Source of the DNA: Candidatus Falkowbacteria bacterium CG02_land_8_20_14_3_00_36_14
Lineage (GTDB): Bacteria > Patescibacteriota > Patescibacteriia > Patescibacteriales > UM-FILTER-36-11
DNA length: 47,034 bases
Assembly (NCBI GenBank): GCA_002781265.1
Contig: PETS01000105.1
Span: 1-47,034 of the forward strand
Direction: 5' to 3'
The notes beneath the pieces are model-generated. The model was not told the DNA's origin. It did not search any database and saw only the letters and a list, made by a program, of their open reading frames with translations. Both the position numbers and the translations under genes were made by a program. This document shows, one piece after another, positions 27,766 through 38,007 of this stretch (its first letter is position 1; each line of letters begins with the position of its first letter).

Positions 27766-28535
27766 TGAAAATAAAAGTATTGGGAAATAAATTTATACGA
27801 GATACGAAATTTTCTATTTTAAAGGTAGGTAGATATGTGATTAAAATACCTTTTTCTTTTGCCGCTTTGCGAGAAGCAAAAACAGAGGCAGAGAACGTTC
27901 AAGAAGCGGAAAAAGATTTATTTTTTTCTTTATTTTTGCCTCCGTACAAATATTTTTCAGTTATTAAAGTTATCCCATATTTAAGTTTATTTACTGATAA
28001 TCCAAGTTGGCAAAATTTGATAGAGAATTATTTTGCCGCCGCGTTTAAAGATTCTAAACTTTGGGAGAAGAAAAGAATAAAAGATTTATCGGATTTTAGA
28101 TATTTTTTAAGGTTTATTAAAGAGTATGATTTTGAAAGCTATAATTGGTGGGAAAATTATTTAGATAATTTAAAAATTTCTTCTTCTTCGGCGCATGGAG
28201 ATTTTCATATAGATAATATTTTAACAGAAAATAATAAGTTATTTTTTATTGATTGGGCAAGATATAGGCCCCTGTCTTCCCGCTATTTTGATTTAATGGA
28301 GTTTTATATTTTTTCCAAGAAAAAAGAAAAAGAGTCATGGATGAATGCCTGGCAAGAGGAATTTGGCCTTAGCGAGATTTTTAAAATTAATATAAACAGA
28401 AGCCATTGGAACGCATATGGAATATGGAAAACTGCCGAGGAATTAAAAACAATTTATTTAAGGAAAGGATTATATAAATATAAATGTAAAAAATATATAG
28501 AGTTTATCGAAAAATTTAAGGAGATTATTGTATGA
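27765..28535 (+). CDS. APH/protein-kinase-like phosphotransferase
   Basis: YVIK, HGDFHIDNIL (Brenner motif), FIDW. Confidence 0.75.
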   Translation: MKIKVLGNKFIRDTKFSILKVGRYVIKIPFSFAALREAKTEAENVQEAEKDLFFSLFLPPYKYFSVIKVIPYLSLFTDNPSWQNLIENYFAAAFKDSKLWEKKRIKDLSDFRYFLRFIKEYDFESYNWWENYLDNLKISSSSAHGDFHIDNILTENNKLFFIDWARYRPLSSRYFDLMEFYIFSKKKEKESWMNAWQEEFGLSEIFKININRSHWNAYGIWKTAEELKTIYLRKGLYKYKCKKYIEFIEKFKEIIV

Positions 28536-29731
28536 ACAAAATAAAAATACTATGCCTTAGTTTTCATACTCCTCCCGCGGTCAGGCCACAGGCCATTTTA
28601 ATCGGCAAAATGATTCCGGAATGGATCAGGCAGGGGTTGGAGCCGGTAATTATTACATACGAAGAAAGCGGTGAGTGGGATATAAATGCCCCTGTATTTA
28701 AGATTAAAAATTTTTGTATAAATAAATTTTTTAATAAGATTCAGCCGCTAAGGGAATTTTTTAGGTATAGATATTACAAAAAATTAACCGATATTATAGA
28801 AGATATAGCTCAAAAAAATAAAATTGATGTTATTTTTTCCTTTGCTAAGCCGATTGACAGTAATATTGTCGGGGCTATGCTGAAAAAGAGATTGAGCCTC
28901 CCCTTTGTTTCTCATTTTAGCGACCCATGGTATGATGATCCGTACAGGTCTTTTCCAAAATTTGAAGAAAAAAAAGTTTTATGGCAGGAAAATTTTATCA
29001 TAAAAAATAGCGATAAAGTTATTTTTACTAATGAAACGGCCAGAAAGCTAGTTATGAAAAAATACCCCGAGTCTTGGTTTAAAAAATCCGGAGTAATTCC
29101 CCATTGCTTTAACCTAAAAGATTATTCGGAGGCCCAAAAAATTGGTTCGGATAAGTTTATCATAAGTCATATCGGCGCTTTTTATAAAAAAAGAAATTCC
29201 GAACCGCTTTTTCAGGCACTTAAAAAAATAATAGATGAGAATCCCGGGCTTGCTCACAAATTTAGAATTGAGTTAGTGGGCGCGGTTAATGATTACGCGG
29301 GTTATAGCGCGAAGGGCATAGAAAATATGGCCGAGGTTTATCACCTAAAAGATAATATAAAAATTATTCCGCCGGTCAGCTACGAGGAGAGCTTAAAATA
29401 TATGAAATCATCTGACTGTTTGGTGGTAATTGACGCTGATATGCCTGGAAGTCCGTTTTTACCGTCAAAAGTTGTTGATTACGCGGGTAGCGGCAATACT
29501 ATTTTGGGCATAACTCCAAAGGGGAGTCCAACGGCCGAGTTTTTGAAAAATTTAGGTTACGGCAGTTTTTCTTACGATGAATCAGACAAGCTTAAGGATT
29601 ACCTGAATAATCTAATAAGTAGCCGAGTTGAGATGAAAGTTAATCAAAGTTTTTTAGAAAGTTTTACTGTTAGTTCAACCACTAAAAAATTAATCAGTTT
29701 TTTTAATGAAGTTTTACCAAAGAATTCTTAA
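28532..29731 (+). CDS. GT4-like glycosyltransferase
   Basis: HFSDPW, HIGAFY and LPSKVVDY motifs. Confidence 0.8.
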   Translation: MNKIKILCLSFHTPPAVRPQAILIGKMIPEWIRQGLEPVIITYEESGEWDINAPVFKIKNFCINKFFNKIQPLREFFRYRYYKKLTDIIEDIAQKNKIDVIFSFAKPIDSNIVGAMLKKRLSLPFVSHFSDPWYDDPYRSFPKFEEKKVLWQENFIIKNSDKVIFTNETARKLVMKKYPESWFKKSGVIPHCFNLKDYSEAQKIGSDKFIISHIGAFYKKRNSEPLFQALKKIIDENPGLAHKFRIELVGAVNDYAGYSAKGIENMAEVYHLKDNIKIIPPVSYEESLKYMKSSDCLVVIDADMPGSPFLPSKVVDYAGSGNTILGITPKGSPTAEFLKNLGYGSFSYDESDKLKDYLNNLISSRVEMKVNQSFLESFTVSSTTKKLISFFNEVLPKNS

Positions 29732-30653
29732 AAAATTTAATAAAGAATTGCTTAAAATGAAAAAAGGAAGATTGGAGATAATCCTTTATCATTTTGTTTC
29801 CGATGAAAATAATATTTTTACCGGTTTTGGCCATAATGTTAAGCCAGTCGTATTTAGAGAACAGATTAAATATCTATCAGAAAATTACACCATTATATCA
29901 TTTGAACAGGCTAAAAATGTTATTATTAATGGTTACAAGGGGCCGTATGTGAGCATTTGCTTTGACGATGGATATTCAAATAATATAATTGAGGCTTATC
30001 CAATATTGGAAGAATTTAAAATCCCCGCGACTATATTTATTTGTCCTTCGGTTTTGGGCAATCGTGATTTGCTTTGGCGGGACAAGATAAGATATATTAT
30101 TAACAGCAATCTTACCAGCCAATTTATTGATTTTCTAAAAAAATGCGATAATTTTTCAAAATATAATTTTTCGCTTTCAGTAAATAATAATTTTTACGGC
30201 TGGTCAAAGAAAGCGTCGGCAATTACCGATATGTCCATTCAAGACGATTTAAATGATTTTTTTAAATTTAAAAATATTAAAGCGCCTGAAATTGCTGCGC
30301 AATGCAATTTGTATATAAAAAAAAGCGATATCGGGGAATTTAAGTACTTGAGTTTCGGCAATCATACTTGGTCGCATCCTCTTATGACATGCCTTGATTT
30401 CTATAAACAAGAAGAGGAGATTTTAAAAGCCCATAAATATTTAGAGGAAGTGGAAATATCCCCATGTGCCTTGTCGTTGCCATTCGCGCCATATAATGCG
30501 GATACTATCGCTATTTGTAAAAAACTTAACTATGATTTTATTTTAGATGTAAGCGATGAGGGCAATATCATCGGCAGAAGAGGGGATGATTTTTTGTTCC
30601 TGCATCGCAAAATGGCCCCTGCCACTTTGAAGGGACTTAAAGCGATAATTTAA
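29706..30653 (+). CDS. Polysaccharide deacetylase (NodB/CE4)
   Basis: LYH, CFDDGY, PATIFI and FGNHTWSHP motifs; true start may be downstream (29757). Confidence 0.85.
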   Translation: MKFYQRILKKFNKELLKMKKGRLEIILYHFVSDENNIFTGFGHNVKPVVFREQIKYLSENYTIISFEQAKNVIINGYKGPYVSICFDDGYSNNIIEAYPILEEFKIPATIFICPSVLGNRDLLWRDKIRYIINSNLTSQFIDFLKKCDNFSKYNFSLSVNNNFYGWSKKASAITDMSIQDDLNDFFKFKNIKAPEIAAQCNLYIKKSDIGEFKYLSFGNHTWSHPLMTCLDFYKQEEEILKAHKYLEEVEISPCALSLPFAPYNADTIAICKKLNYDFILDVSDEGNIIGRRGDDFLFLHRKMAPATLKGLKAII

Positions 30654-30655
30654 TA

Positions 30656-31435
30656 ATGAAAATAAATACTATGATTGATAACTATGATCCGCAAAAATTA
30701 AAAGGTAGATTTGATAAAGAATCCATACATTGGCAAAAATTATATCAACAAAATGATAATAAAGATCGCATCTATAATAACAAAAAATATCGCCAGCAAT
30801 ATGTCTTGGAAATACTGGGGCCTGGCTCCGGGAAAGTTTTAGATTTAGGATGCGGGGCGGGAAGTTTTTTTGAGCATCTGGAAGGTTTGGGCTACGAGGT
30901 TACGGGCGTGGACTTCTCCCCCGAAATGGTGAAATTGGCAGCGTCCGCCGCCGGCAATTTAAAAAGAAGCCGGGCTGTTCAGGGCGACGTGTTAAATCTT
31001 CCCTTTGAAAGCCGTACCTTTGACGCTTTAATAGCCGTAGGATTGCTTGAGTATTTGCCCAATGACGAAAGTTTTTTAAAAATAGTCGGCAATTTCGTTA
31101 AGCCTGGAGGAAAGATTATTGTCACCTTGCGGAATTCTTTATGCGCAGAAAGAAAGCTTTGGAAGTTTTACCAAAAATTGGGGATTAATGTTAATAAGGC
31201 GGATTATTTTTATCGCGAGCATAATCCGGCGCATTTTAAATTATTTCTTGAATCGCTTGGCTTTAAAAATATCAATATTCGTTTCTGCCATTTTTATCCC
31301 ATGCCTTGGCCATTAAGCAGTTTTTTCTCTTCTTTGAATAATTATTTAGCGCATAAAATGGAGCGCCGGTTTTCTAATAGTGAGAATAAATTTCTTGGCT
31401 CAACCTGCATTGTTAAGTTTGAGGTTCCATTTTAA
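30656..31435 (+). CDS. Class I SAM-dependent methyltransferase
   Basis: VLDLGCGAG, GVDFSPEM, GDVLNLPF, KPGG. Confidence 0.9.
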   Translation: MKINTMIDNYDPQKLKGRFDKESIHWQKLYQQNDNKDRIYNNKKYRQQYVLEILGPGSGKVLDLGCGAGSFFEHLEGLGYEVTGVDFSPEMVKLAASAAGNLKRSRAVQGDVLNLPFESRTFDALIAVGLLEYLPNDESFLKIVGNFVKPGGKIIVTLRNSLCAERKLWKFYQKLGINVNKADYFYREHNPAHFKLFLESLGFKNINIRFCHFYPMPWPLSSFFSSLNNYLAHKMERRFSNSENKFLGSTCIVKFEVPF

Positions 31436-31460
31436 AATTTTTAAACGTTTTAAAACAATT

Positions 31461-32546
31461 ATGAAAATCGCAATTATTTTAGGCACAAGGCCGGAGATCA
31501 TAAAAATGGCTCCGATTATAAAGGAATTAGATAGTAGGGGGGTTGACTATTTTATTTTACATACGGGCCAGCATTACAGCTATGAAATGGACAGAAAATT
31601 TTTTGAGGACTTGGGATTAAGGGAACCGCATTATAATTTGAATGTGGGCGGCAATGAATACAGAAAGCAGGTCGGGCAGATGATTAGAGAAATTATTAAA
31701 ATACTGGATGAAACAAGGCCGGATGTTATTTTAGTGCAAGGGGATACCAATACGGTTTTAGCCGGAGCGCAGGCGGCCAATAAATTAGGCATAAAAATCG
31801 GCCATCATGAAGCTGGCTTAAGAAGCCATAATTTAACTATGCTTGAGGAAACCAATAGGATAATTACCGACCATATTTCAGATTATTTGTTTTGCCCGAC
31901 AGAAGACGCTAGGAATAATTTAAGAGAGGAAGGAATTAGTGAAGATAAAATTTTTTTAACCGGCAATACCGTTGTTGACGCTTTGCTGCAAAACATTGAG
32001 TTAGCCGATAAAAAAGTTAATATTTTAGAAAAATTGAATTTAAGCAAAGGAAATTATATCGTGGTTACGGCGCATCGGGCGGAAAATGTAGATATTGAGG
32101 AGCGGCTTAAAGGCATTCTTGAGGGGCTTGGACTTGTCGCCAAGAGTTTAGGTTTGCCTATTATATATCCAATGCACCCGCGAACGATGAATAATATAAA
32201 AAAATTAGGGCTGCAAAGCCCAGAAGGAGTGGAAATTATTGAGCCATTGGGATATTTTGAGTTCTTACAGCTTGAAGCAAACGCGAAGTTAATAATAACG
32301 GATTCTGGAGGCGTGCAAGAAGAGGCCTGTATATTAAAAATCCCTTGTGTGACAGTTCGGGATGAAACGGAAAGGCCGGAAACAATCAAGGTGGGTGTGA
32401 ATATCCTCGCCGGCGTGGATTCGGAAAGGATTTTAGAGTGCGTGAAAAAAATGTTAGAGGACGGTAAAGATTGGATAAATCCGTTCGGCGATGGGCAGGC
32501 GGGGAAAAGAATTGTGGATCATCTTTTATCTTTTTTTAACGAGTAA
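31461..32546 (+). CDS. wecB: UDP-N-acetylglucosamine 2-epimerase (non-hydrolysing)
   Basis: GTRPEIIK, HTGQHY, QGDTNT, HEAGLRS, TDSGGVQEEA, TERPE; ATG 31461. Confidence 0.93.
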   Translation: MKIAIILGTRPEIIKMAPIIKELDSRGVDYFILHTGQHYSYEMDRKFFEDLGLREPHYNLNVGGNEYRKQVGQMIREIIKILDETRPDVILVQGDTNTVLAGAQAANKLGIKIGHHEAGLRSHNLTMLEETNRIITDHISDYLFCPTEDARNNLREEGISEDKIFLTGNTVVDALLQNIELADKKVNILEKLNLSKGNYIVVTAHRAENVDIEERLKGILEGLGLVAKSLGLPIIYPMHPRTMNNIKKLGLQSPEGVEIIEPLGYFEFLQLEANAKLIITDSGGVQEEACILKIPCVTVRDETERPETIKVGVNILAGVDSERILECVKKMLEDGKDWINPFGDGQAGKRIVDHLLSFFNE

Positions 32547-32570
32547 AAGAAGAATTTTATCCATTCTAAT

Positions 32571-33941
32571 TTACACCCCCTTTCTGCTTAAAACAGTCGC
32601 TATCGTTTTTAAAATAATAGACAGGTCAAGGTAGATTGACCGGTTTTTTATATAGAAGAGGTCGTATTGCAATTTTTTTATGCTGTCCTCTGGCGAAGGC
32701 GAATGGTATTCTCCGGAAATCTGATCCCAGCCGGTCACCCCCGGTTTGACCAGCATTCTTTCCCGATAAAAAGGAATTTTATCTTCCAGGCCTTTAATAA
32801 GCTCCGGCCTCTCCGGCCGGGGACCGACAAAACTCATCTCGCCTTTTAATATATTTATAATTTGCGGGATTTCATCAATGCGGGTTTTTCTTAAAAAAGA
32901 TCCTAATTTAGTAATGCGCTTGTCATTATTAATAGTCGGAGAGAAATTATTATGGGTATTGGCCATAGTGCGGAATTTATATATTTTAAACTGCTTATTA
33001 TTTTTCCCCACTCTCATCTGCTTAAAGATAATCGTTCCTTTTGATTCCAATTTAATAAAAAGTCCTATTAGGGGCCAAAAAATAATGGTCAGTATTAAAA
33101 TTATTAATGCCAAAATAACATCATAAGCGCGTTTAAAAATATCAAACCAGTTTTTATTGCCTTCGCTTAAATTTTCCAAAAACCACATCTTATTAATAAC
33201 TTCAATCAGCACCCGGCCGGTAATGTTTTCATAAAAATTAGGCAGATTGATATAATTTATTTTTAAAGAAAGGCAATTAAATAAAATTTCGCGCAAATCT
33301 TTTGATTCGTAAGGATTGGCTGTTAATATAATAGTGGATATTTTATCGGCCGCAATTAAATTTTTTAAATTATCCAAGGTTTTTATTATCGGGATATTAT
33401 GGTAATTTTCTATTTCATTATTTCCGGTATCAACTATAAAAGAAACCTTGTAGCCCAGATGGGGTTTTTCCATAAGGACGGCCGCTAGTTCTTTCACCAT
33501 TTTATTCAGCCCGAAGATGGCAATATTATTTTTAGGCAAATGGGATTTTAACAGCCAGTTATAGGTCTGGCGCCAAAGCGAGAAAAGGGTGGCAAATATA
33601 AGAACATAAATTAATAAATTAGTTTTGGGCGCTACTCCTATCTGCGGATTTAAATAAAAAAAAGCGATAGAGAGAAGGCCGGCAATGCCGATGCTCTTAA
33701 AAGCAAGCTGGAAAAATTTTACATTATTAACGGCGCTATGCAGGTCGTAAAGGCGGGCTATGTAAAATATCAAAATCCAGACAACAAAAATAACGGAAAA
33801 CGGGCCAAAATGGTTCTGCCAAACATGGCCGGCCGGCATTTCCCAATATCTTAATAATAAAGTAATATACAGGGAAAAATATAAGATGATAATATCTCCG
33901 GCCAATATCACGACTTGCTTAAATTTAGTTTTACTATTCAT
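32571..33941 (-). CDS. Polyprenyl-phosphate glycosylphosphotransferase (WbaP/WcaJ family)
   Basis: N-terminal TMs, KFRTM, RKTRIDEIPQ, GEMSFVGPRPERP, KPGVTGW, YDLFYI. Confidence 0.92.
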   Translation of the reverse strand: MNSKTKFKQVVILAGDIIILYFSLYITLLLRYWEMPAGHVWQNHFGPFSVIFVVWILIFYIARLYDLHSAVNNVKFFQLAFKSIGIAGLLSIAFFYLNPQIGVAPKTNLLIYVLIFATLFSLWRQTYNWLLKSHLPKNNIAIFGLNKMVKELAAVLMEKPHLGYKVSFIVDTGNNEIENYHNIPIIKTLDNLKNLIAADKISTIILTANPYESKDLREILFNCLSLKINYINLPNFYENITGRVLIEVINKMWFLENLSEGNKNWFDIFKRAYDVILALIILILTIIFWPLIGLFIKLESKGTIIFKQMRVGKNNKQFKIYKFRTMANTHNNFSPTINNDKRITKLGSFLRKTRIDEIPQIINILKGEMSFVGPRPERPELIKGLEDKIPFYRERMLVKPGVTGWDQISGEYHSPSPEDSIKKLQYDLFYIKNRSIYLDLSIILKTIATVLSRKGV

Positions 33942-33947
33942 GATGTT

Positions 33948-33976
33948 ACTATAATTAGTTTATATAAAAAAATCAA
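33948..33976 (-). promoter_or_regulatory. Sigma70-like promoter, probably leaderless, for the WbaP/WcaJ gene
   Basis: Minus strand reads TTGATT-N17-TATAGT-N6-ATG(33941). Confidence 0.65.
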
Positions 33977-34009
33977 GGATTAGCAATATAATATTAAATT
34001 TTACTAATA

Positions 34010-34038
34010 TTGATTTATTATCTGCCGGCTGTTATAAT
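34010..34038 (+). promoter_or_regulatory. Sigma70-like promoter, probably leaderless, for holB
   Basis: TTGATT(34010)-N17-TATAAT(34033) with extended TG, then 6 nt to ATG 34045. Confidence 0.7.
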
Positions 34039-34044
34039 CATATT

Positions 34045-35097
34045 ATGAATAAGAGAGTATTTAATTGGCCGCTGGTCGGCAACCGGCAGATTACTGAATT
34101 TTTATCCAGAAGCATAAATAACAACAAACTGGCCGGAACGTATATTTTTGCCGGTCCTGATAATTTAGGGAAAACGACTACGGCCAGCTATTTTTCCCAG
34201 ATTTTGCTTTGTCAAGCCAGGGAAAAAAATATTAAAAATATACCCTGTAATGAATGCTCGTCATGCAAGATATTTCTAGCTGATAGCCTTAAAGAAGACG
34301 CGGAAGAATCAGGCAGCATTCATAGCGATTATTGCATATTAAAGAAAAAGCCGGAGGAAAAAAATATTTCCATAGATGATGCCAGGGATTTTATCCATCG
34401 CCTAAATTTAAGCTCGTTTTTAAATTCTTATAAAATCGGCGTAATCAAGCGCGCCCACCAGCTTAGCCTGGAAGCGGCCAACGCTTTGTTGAAAACCTTG
34501 GAAGAGCCAAAAAAAAATGTCATAATCATATTAATTACTTCCGAAATAGACGCCATTCCCGCCACTCTAGTTTCGCGCAGCCAAATATTAAAATTCAAGC
34601 CGGTACCAGCCGATGTAATTTATGATTATTTGATTAATATTCATAAAGCCCCCAGAAGCGCGGCTAAAAATTTTTCCCGTTCAGCTATGGGCCGGCCGGC
34701 TTTGGCAGTGAAGCTTTTGGAAGATAAGGAATTTTATAATAATTATTATGATCGGGCGATTTCTTTTTTTAAAATTTTACCAGCAGATATTAACGCCAGA
34801 TTTCATATAGCCGGTGATTTGATCGGCCGGGATAATAAGGGGCAGGTAGCCGCCGCCGCGGCCGGAAGAATTATAGAAATATGGAGCGGACTGGTTAGGG
34901 ATTTGCTTTTATTAAAATATAACCATAAAGATATAATCCAGCACCAGTTTTTAGACAAAGAGCTTGAGCAGTCTGCTAATATTTTGGCGGTCGGCGAATT
35001 ATTAAGTTTTAATTCGGTTTTAGAAGAATCAAAAAAATATTTAGATGCTAATGTGCCGCCGAAATTAGTTTTAGAAAATATCGTTATAAAAATTTAA
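34045..35097 (+). CDS. holB: DNA polymerase III subunit delta prime
   Basis: YIFAGPDNLGKTT, C..PCNECSSC Zn module, AANALLKTLEEP, TLVSRSQ. Confidence 0.88.
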   Translation: MNKRVFNWPLVGNRQITEFLSRSINNNKLAGTYIFAGPDNLGKTTTASYFSQILLCQAREKNIKNIPCNECSSCKIFLADSLKEDAEESGSIHSDYCILKKKPEEKNISIDDARDFIHRLNLSSFLNSYKIGVIKRAHQLSLEAANALLKTLEEPKKNVIIILITSEIDAIPATLVSRSQILKFKPVPADVIYDYLINIHKAPRSAAKNFSRSAMGRPALAVKLLEDKEFYNNYYDRAISFFKILPADINARFHIAGDLIGRDNKGQVAAAAAGRIIEIWSGLVRDLLLLKYNHKDIIQHQFLDKELEQSANILAVGELLSFNSVLEESKKYLDANVPPKLVLENIVIKI

Positions 35098-35106
35098 AAT
35101 AATTTT

Positions 35107-36180
35107 ATGATTTATAAAAAAACAAATTTTATTTTATTAGTGATGTTGCTGGCGTCCGCTCTTGTTATAACCGGCTGTTCAGTCAAATTTAATACCAATA
35201 AAAATGAAGGCAATAATGGCGGGATTTATTGGTCAAATAGTAAGGGGGATATTTGGCAGCAAAAAGTGCTAATACCTACCACCAGCGGCTTGCCCAACAG
35301 TATCGGCGGCGTGAGCGTTAATGATTTAGTAATGGACCCATCTGACAACAAAGCATTATATTTAGCTTCGTTTGACAATGGCCTAATCTATACCTATGAC
35401 GGAGCCGGCACCTGGCAGATAGCTAAAAATTTAGGGCAGAGAACCATTAATGCCGTAGCCATTGATCCTAATTCCAAGTGTATAATTTACGCCACAACCG
35501 GAAACGAAGTCTATAAATCTACCGATTGCAATCGGACTTGGACCCGAGTCTATATAGATAATAATAGCACGACCGCGGTTTCGGCCGTAGCGGTTGATCA
35601 TTTTGACAGCGCTATAATTTATATCGGCACTTCGCGGGGGGAAATTATTAAAAGTTTTGACAGGGGAGATACTTGGCAGACGCTCTCTAGCTTTAAAAAT
35701 AAAATAAATAAAATTATAATCAGTCCTCATGACAGCCGTAATTTATTTGTTTATATCCAGGGGCTGGGATTGGAAAGATCTTCTGACGGCGGGAACAATT
35801 GGGAGAGCTTAAAGGAAAATTTAAAAAATTTTAAAAACAGCGCTAATATTAATGATATAATTGTTTCTGAAAATACTTCCGGCTTGATATTTTTAGCCGC
35901 TGGCGGAGGATTGCTAAAATCCTCTGATAATGGGAATAATTGGGAAGAAATTAAGCTGATTACTCCCAGCGATTCAATTATAAACGCCATGGCGGTCAAT
36001 CCGCAGAATACTCAAGAAATTTATTATGTTACCAATACTACTTTTTACCGGTCTTTGGACGGAGGGGAAAATTGGAAGACCATAAAGATGCCGACCAGCG
36101 CCATCGGGTGGAAATTATTAATTGATCCGAAAGAGCCGAATATTATTTATTTAGGGATTAAATTACCTCCGAAAAAATAA
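35107..36180 (+). CDS. Lipoprotein with BNR/Asp-box beta-propeller repeats
   Basis: Lipobox-like ITGC after a hydrophobic stretch; repeated S.D.G.(T/N)W motifs. Confidence 0.85.
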   Translation: MIYKKTNFILLVMLLASALVITGCSVKFNTNKNEGNNGGIYWSNSKGDIWQQKVLIPTTSGLPNSIGGVSVNDLVMDPSDNKALYLASFDNGLIYTYDGAGTWQIAKNLGQRTINAVAIDPNSKCIIYATTGNEVYKSTDCNRTWTRVYIDNNSTTAVSAVAVDHFDSAIIYIGTSRGEIIKSFDRGDTWQTLSSFKNKINKIIISPHDSRNLFVYIQGLGLERSSDGGNNWESLKENLKNFKNSANINDIIVSENTSGLIFLAAGGGLLKSSDNGNNWEEIKLITPSDSIINAMAVNPQNTQEIYYVTNTTFYRSLDGGENWKTIKMPTSAIGWKLLIDPKEPNIIYLGIKLPPKK

Positions 36181-36199
36181 TGAGATAATTTATAATTTT

Positions 36200-36754
36200 A
36201 TGAATCAATTTATTCAAAAAAAAGAGGGGGAATTAAAAAAAACCATTGAATTTTTCAGCAAAGATATAATTGCTTTGCGCACCGGCCGGGCCAATCCGGC
36301 CGTATTGGACGGTATTGGAGTTAATTATTACGGAGTGAAGACGCCTATTAACGGCGTAGCCAATATTAATGTAACCGATGGGCGGAGTTTGGTGGTGGCT
36401 CCTTGGGACAAGAATATTTTAAAAGAAGTGGAAAAAGCGGTTGTGGATGCTGATTTAGGCTTTAGCGCAGTAAATGAAGGCGATAAGATTAGGTTGACAT
36501 TACCGCAAATGACGGAAGAAAATAGGAAAGATTTGGTTAAAAAATTGGATGAGAAGCAAGAATCAACCCGTATTATTATCAGGCAGATAAGAGATGAAAT
36601 AAAAGAAGACATTGAGTTAGCGAAAAAAGATAAAGCTATTGCCGAAGATGATAAATTTAAATTTATAAGCGAACTTGACGAAGAAATTAGGGAAATAAAT
36701 GACAAGATAAAAGAAATGAGGGATAAAAAAGAAGAAGAAATTATGACGATATAG
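36200..36754 (+). CDS. frr: Ribosome recycling factor
   Basis: LRTGRANP, PWD, MTEENRKDLVK, KKEEEIM. Confidence 0.95.
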   Translation: MNQFIQKKEGELKKTIEFFSKDIIALRTGRANPAVLDGIGVNYYGVKTPINGVANINVTDGRSLVVAPWDKNILKEVEKAVVDADLGFSAVNEGDKIRLTLPQMTEENRKDLVKKLDEKQESTRIIIRQIRDEIKEDIELAKKDKAIAEDDKFKFISELDEEIREINDKIKEMRDKKEEEIMTI

Positions 36755-36782
36755 TTTATAAAGTTATAAAGTTGAAAGTAAA
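36754..36782. repeat. Degenerate short tandem repeat after frr
   Basis: GTTTATAAA GTTATAAA GTTGAAA GTAAA. Confidence 0.4.
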
Positions 36783-36812
36783 TATTTAATTTTATTAAAA
36801 CTGTATTTTTTT

Positions 36813-37970
36813 ATGTTTACCACTATCATTATTTTCATTATCATATTAAGCGCTCTGGTTTTTGTCCATGAACTGGGGCATTTTTTGGTTGCCCGCAAAT
36901 TCGGAGTCAAAGCGGAAGAATTCGGCATTGGTTTTCCTCCCCGCGCTTGGGGCGTATACAAGAGCAAGGACGGACGCTGGAAGCAGGTTAGGGGCGGCCG
37001 GAAAGTGGATGACGCTGCTGACACAATTTATTCAATAAACTGGGTTCCCTTGGGCGGGTTTGTAAAGCTGGGCGAAGATGAAGACGGAGGCGGCGATCCT
37101 AACCATTTTGCCAATAAGCCGATATGGCAAAGGACATTTATGATATCAGCCGGCGTAACTATGAATATAATTTTCGCGGCTGTTATTTTGGCTATCGGCT
37201 TGATGATAGGCCTTCCCCAGGAACTTAATAATGTCAGCCCCCTGGCCAAAGTATCTGATAAGAATATCCAGATAATCCAAGTTTTAGCCGGCTCACCAGC
37301 GGATATGGCCGGCATTAAAATAGGCGATATCATTATCGGCGTTGATAAAGAAAAAATAATTAAAAGCGAAGATTTGCAGAAATATGTTAATGAGCGGACT
37401 GGAGAAGAATTAACTTATCAAATTAAAAGAGGCAATGAAGAAATAGCCATAAAAATAATTCCAATATTAATGGAGGATACCGGCGCCGGAGGCATTGGCA
37501 TCGCTATCGCGGAAATAGGCATAGTAAAATATCCCTGGTATATGGCAATTTGGGAAGGCGTAAAAACCACCATATTATTGACTTGGGCGATAATCGCCGC
37601 TTTTTATAATCTAATCAAGGGCTTAATAATCGGTTCCGGAGTGAGCGCTGATATAGCCGGTCCGGTGGGCATCGCCGCTTTAACCGGACAAGTAACCAAA
37701 TTGGGATTTATTTATATTTTACAGTTTGCCGCCCTTTTATCAATTAATTTAGCTATAATAAATTTTTTTCCTTTTCCGGCCTTGGACGGCGGGCGGGTGC
37801 TGTTTTTAATAATAGAGAAGATTAAAGGGTCGCCGGTTAAGCGGGAACTGGAAACAGCCATCCATAATATCGGGTTTGTGCTGTTGATGATATTGATATT
37901 AGCGGTAACCTACCGTGACATCGCCAAATACAGCGATAAATTTAAAATGCTGTGGGAGAGGATATTCTAA
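36813..37970 (+). CDS. rseP: RIP metalloprotease RseP (M50, PDZ)
   Basis: HELGH, GFPP, PLGGFV, PDZ segment, NFFPFPALDGG. Confidence 0.93.
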   Translation: MFTTIIIFIIILSALVFVHELGHFLVARKFGVKAEEFGIGFPPRAWGVYKSKDGRWKQVRGGRKVDDAADTIYSINWVPLGGFVKLGEDEDGGGDPNHFANKPIWQRTFMISAGVTMNIIFAAVILAIGLMIGLPQELNNVSPLAKVSDKNIQIIQVLAGSPADMAGIKIGDIIIGVDKEKIIKSEDLQKYVNERTGEELTYQIKRGNEEIAIKIIPILMEDTGAGGIGIAIAEIGIVKYPWYMAIWEGVKTTILLTWAIIAAFYNLIKGLIIGSGVSADIAGPVGIAALTGQVTKLGFIYILQFAALLSINLAIINFFPFPALDGGRVLFLIIEKIKGSPVKRELETAIHNIGFVLLMILILAVTYRDIAKYSDKFKMLWERIF

Positions 37971-38007
37971 TAATTACAACTGCCACTGTCATTCAATCCT
38001 CTCCCTC

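Noticed and set aside
31380..31460. N-terminal extensions of wecB (from 31380) and pseI (from 21637) in the ORF track
   Set aside because: They overlap upstream genes; family-typical N-termini begin at ATG 31461 and 21691
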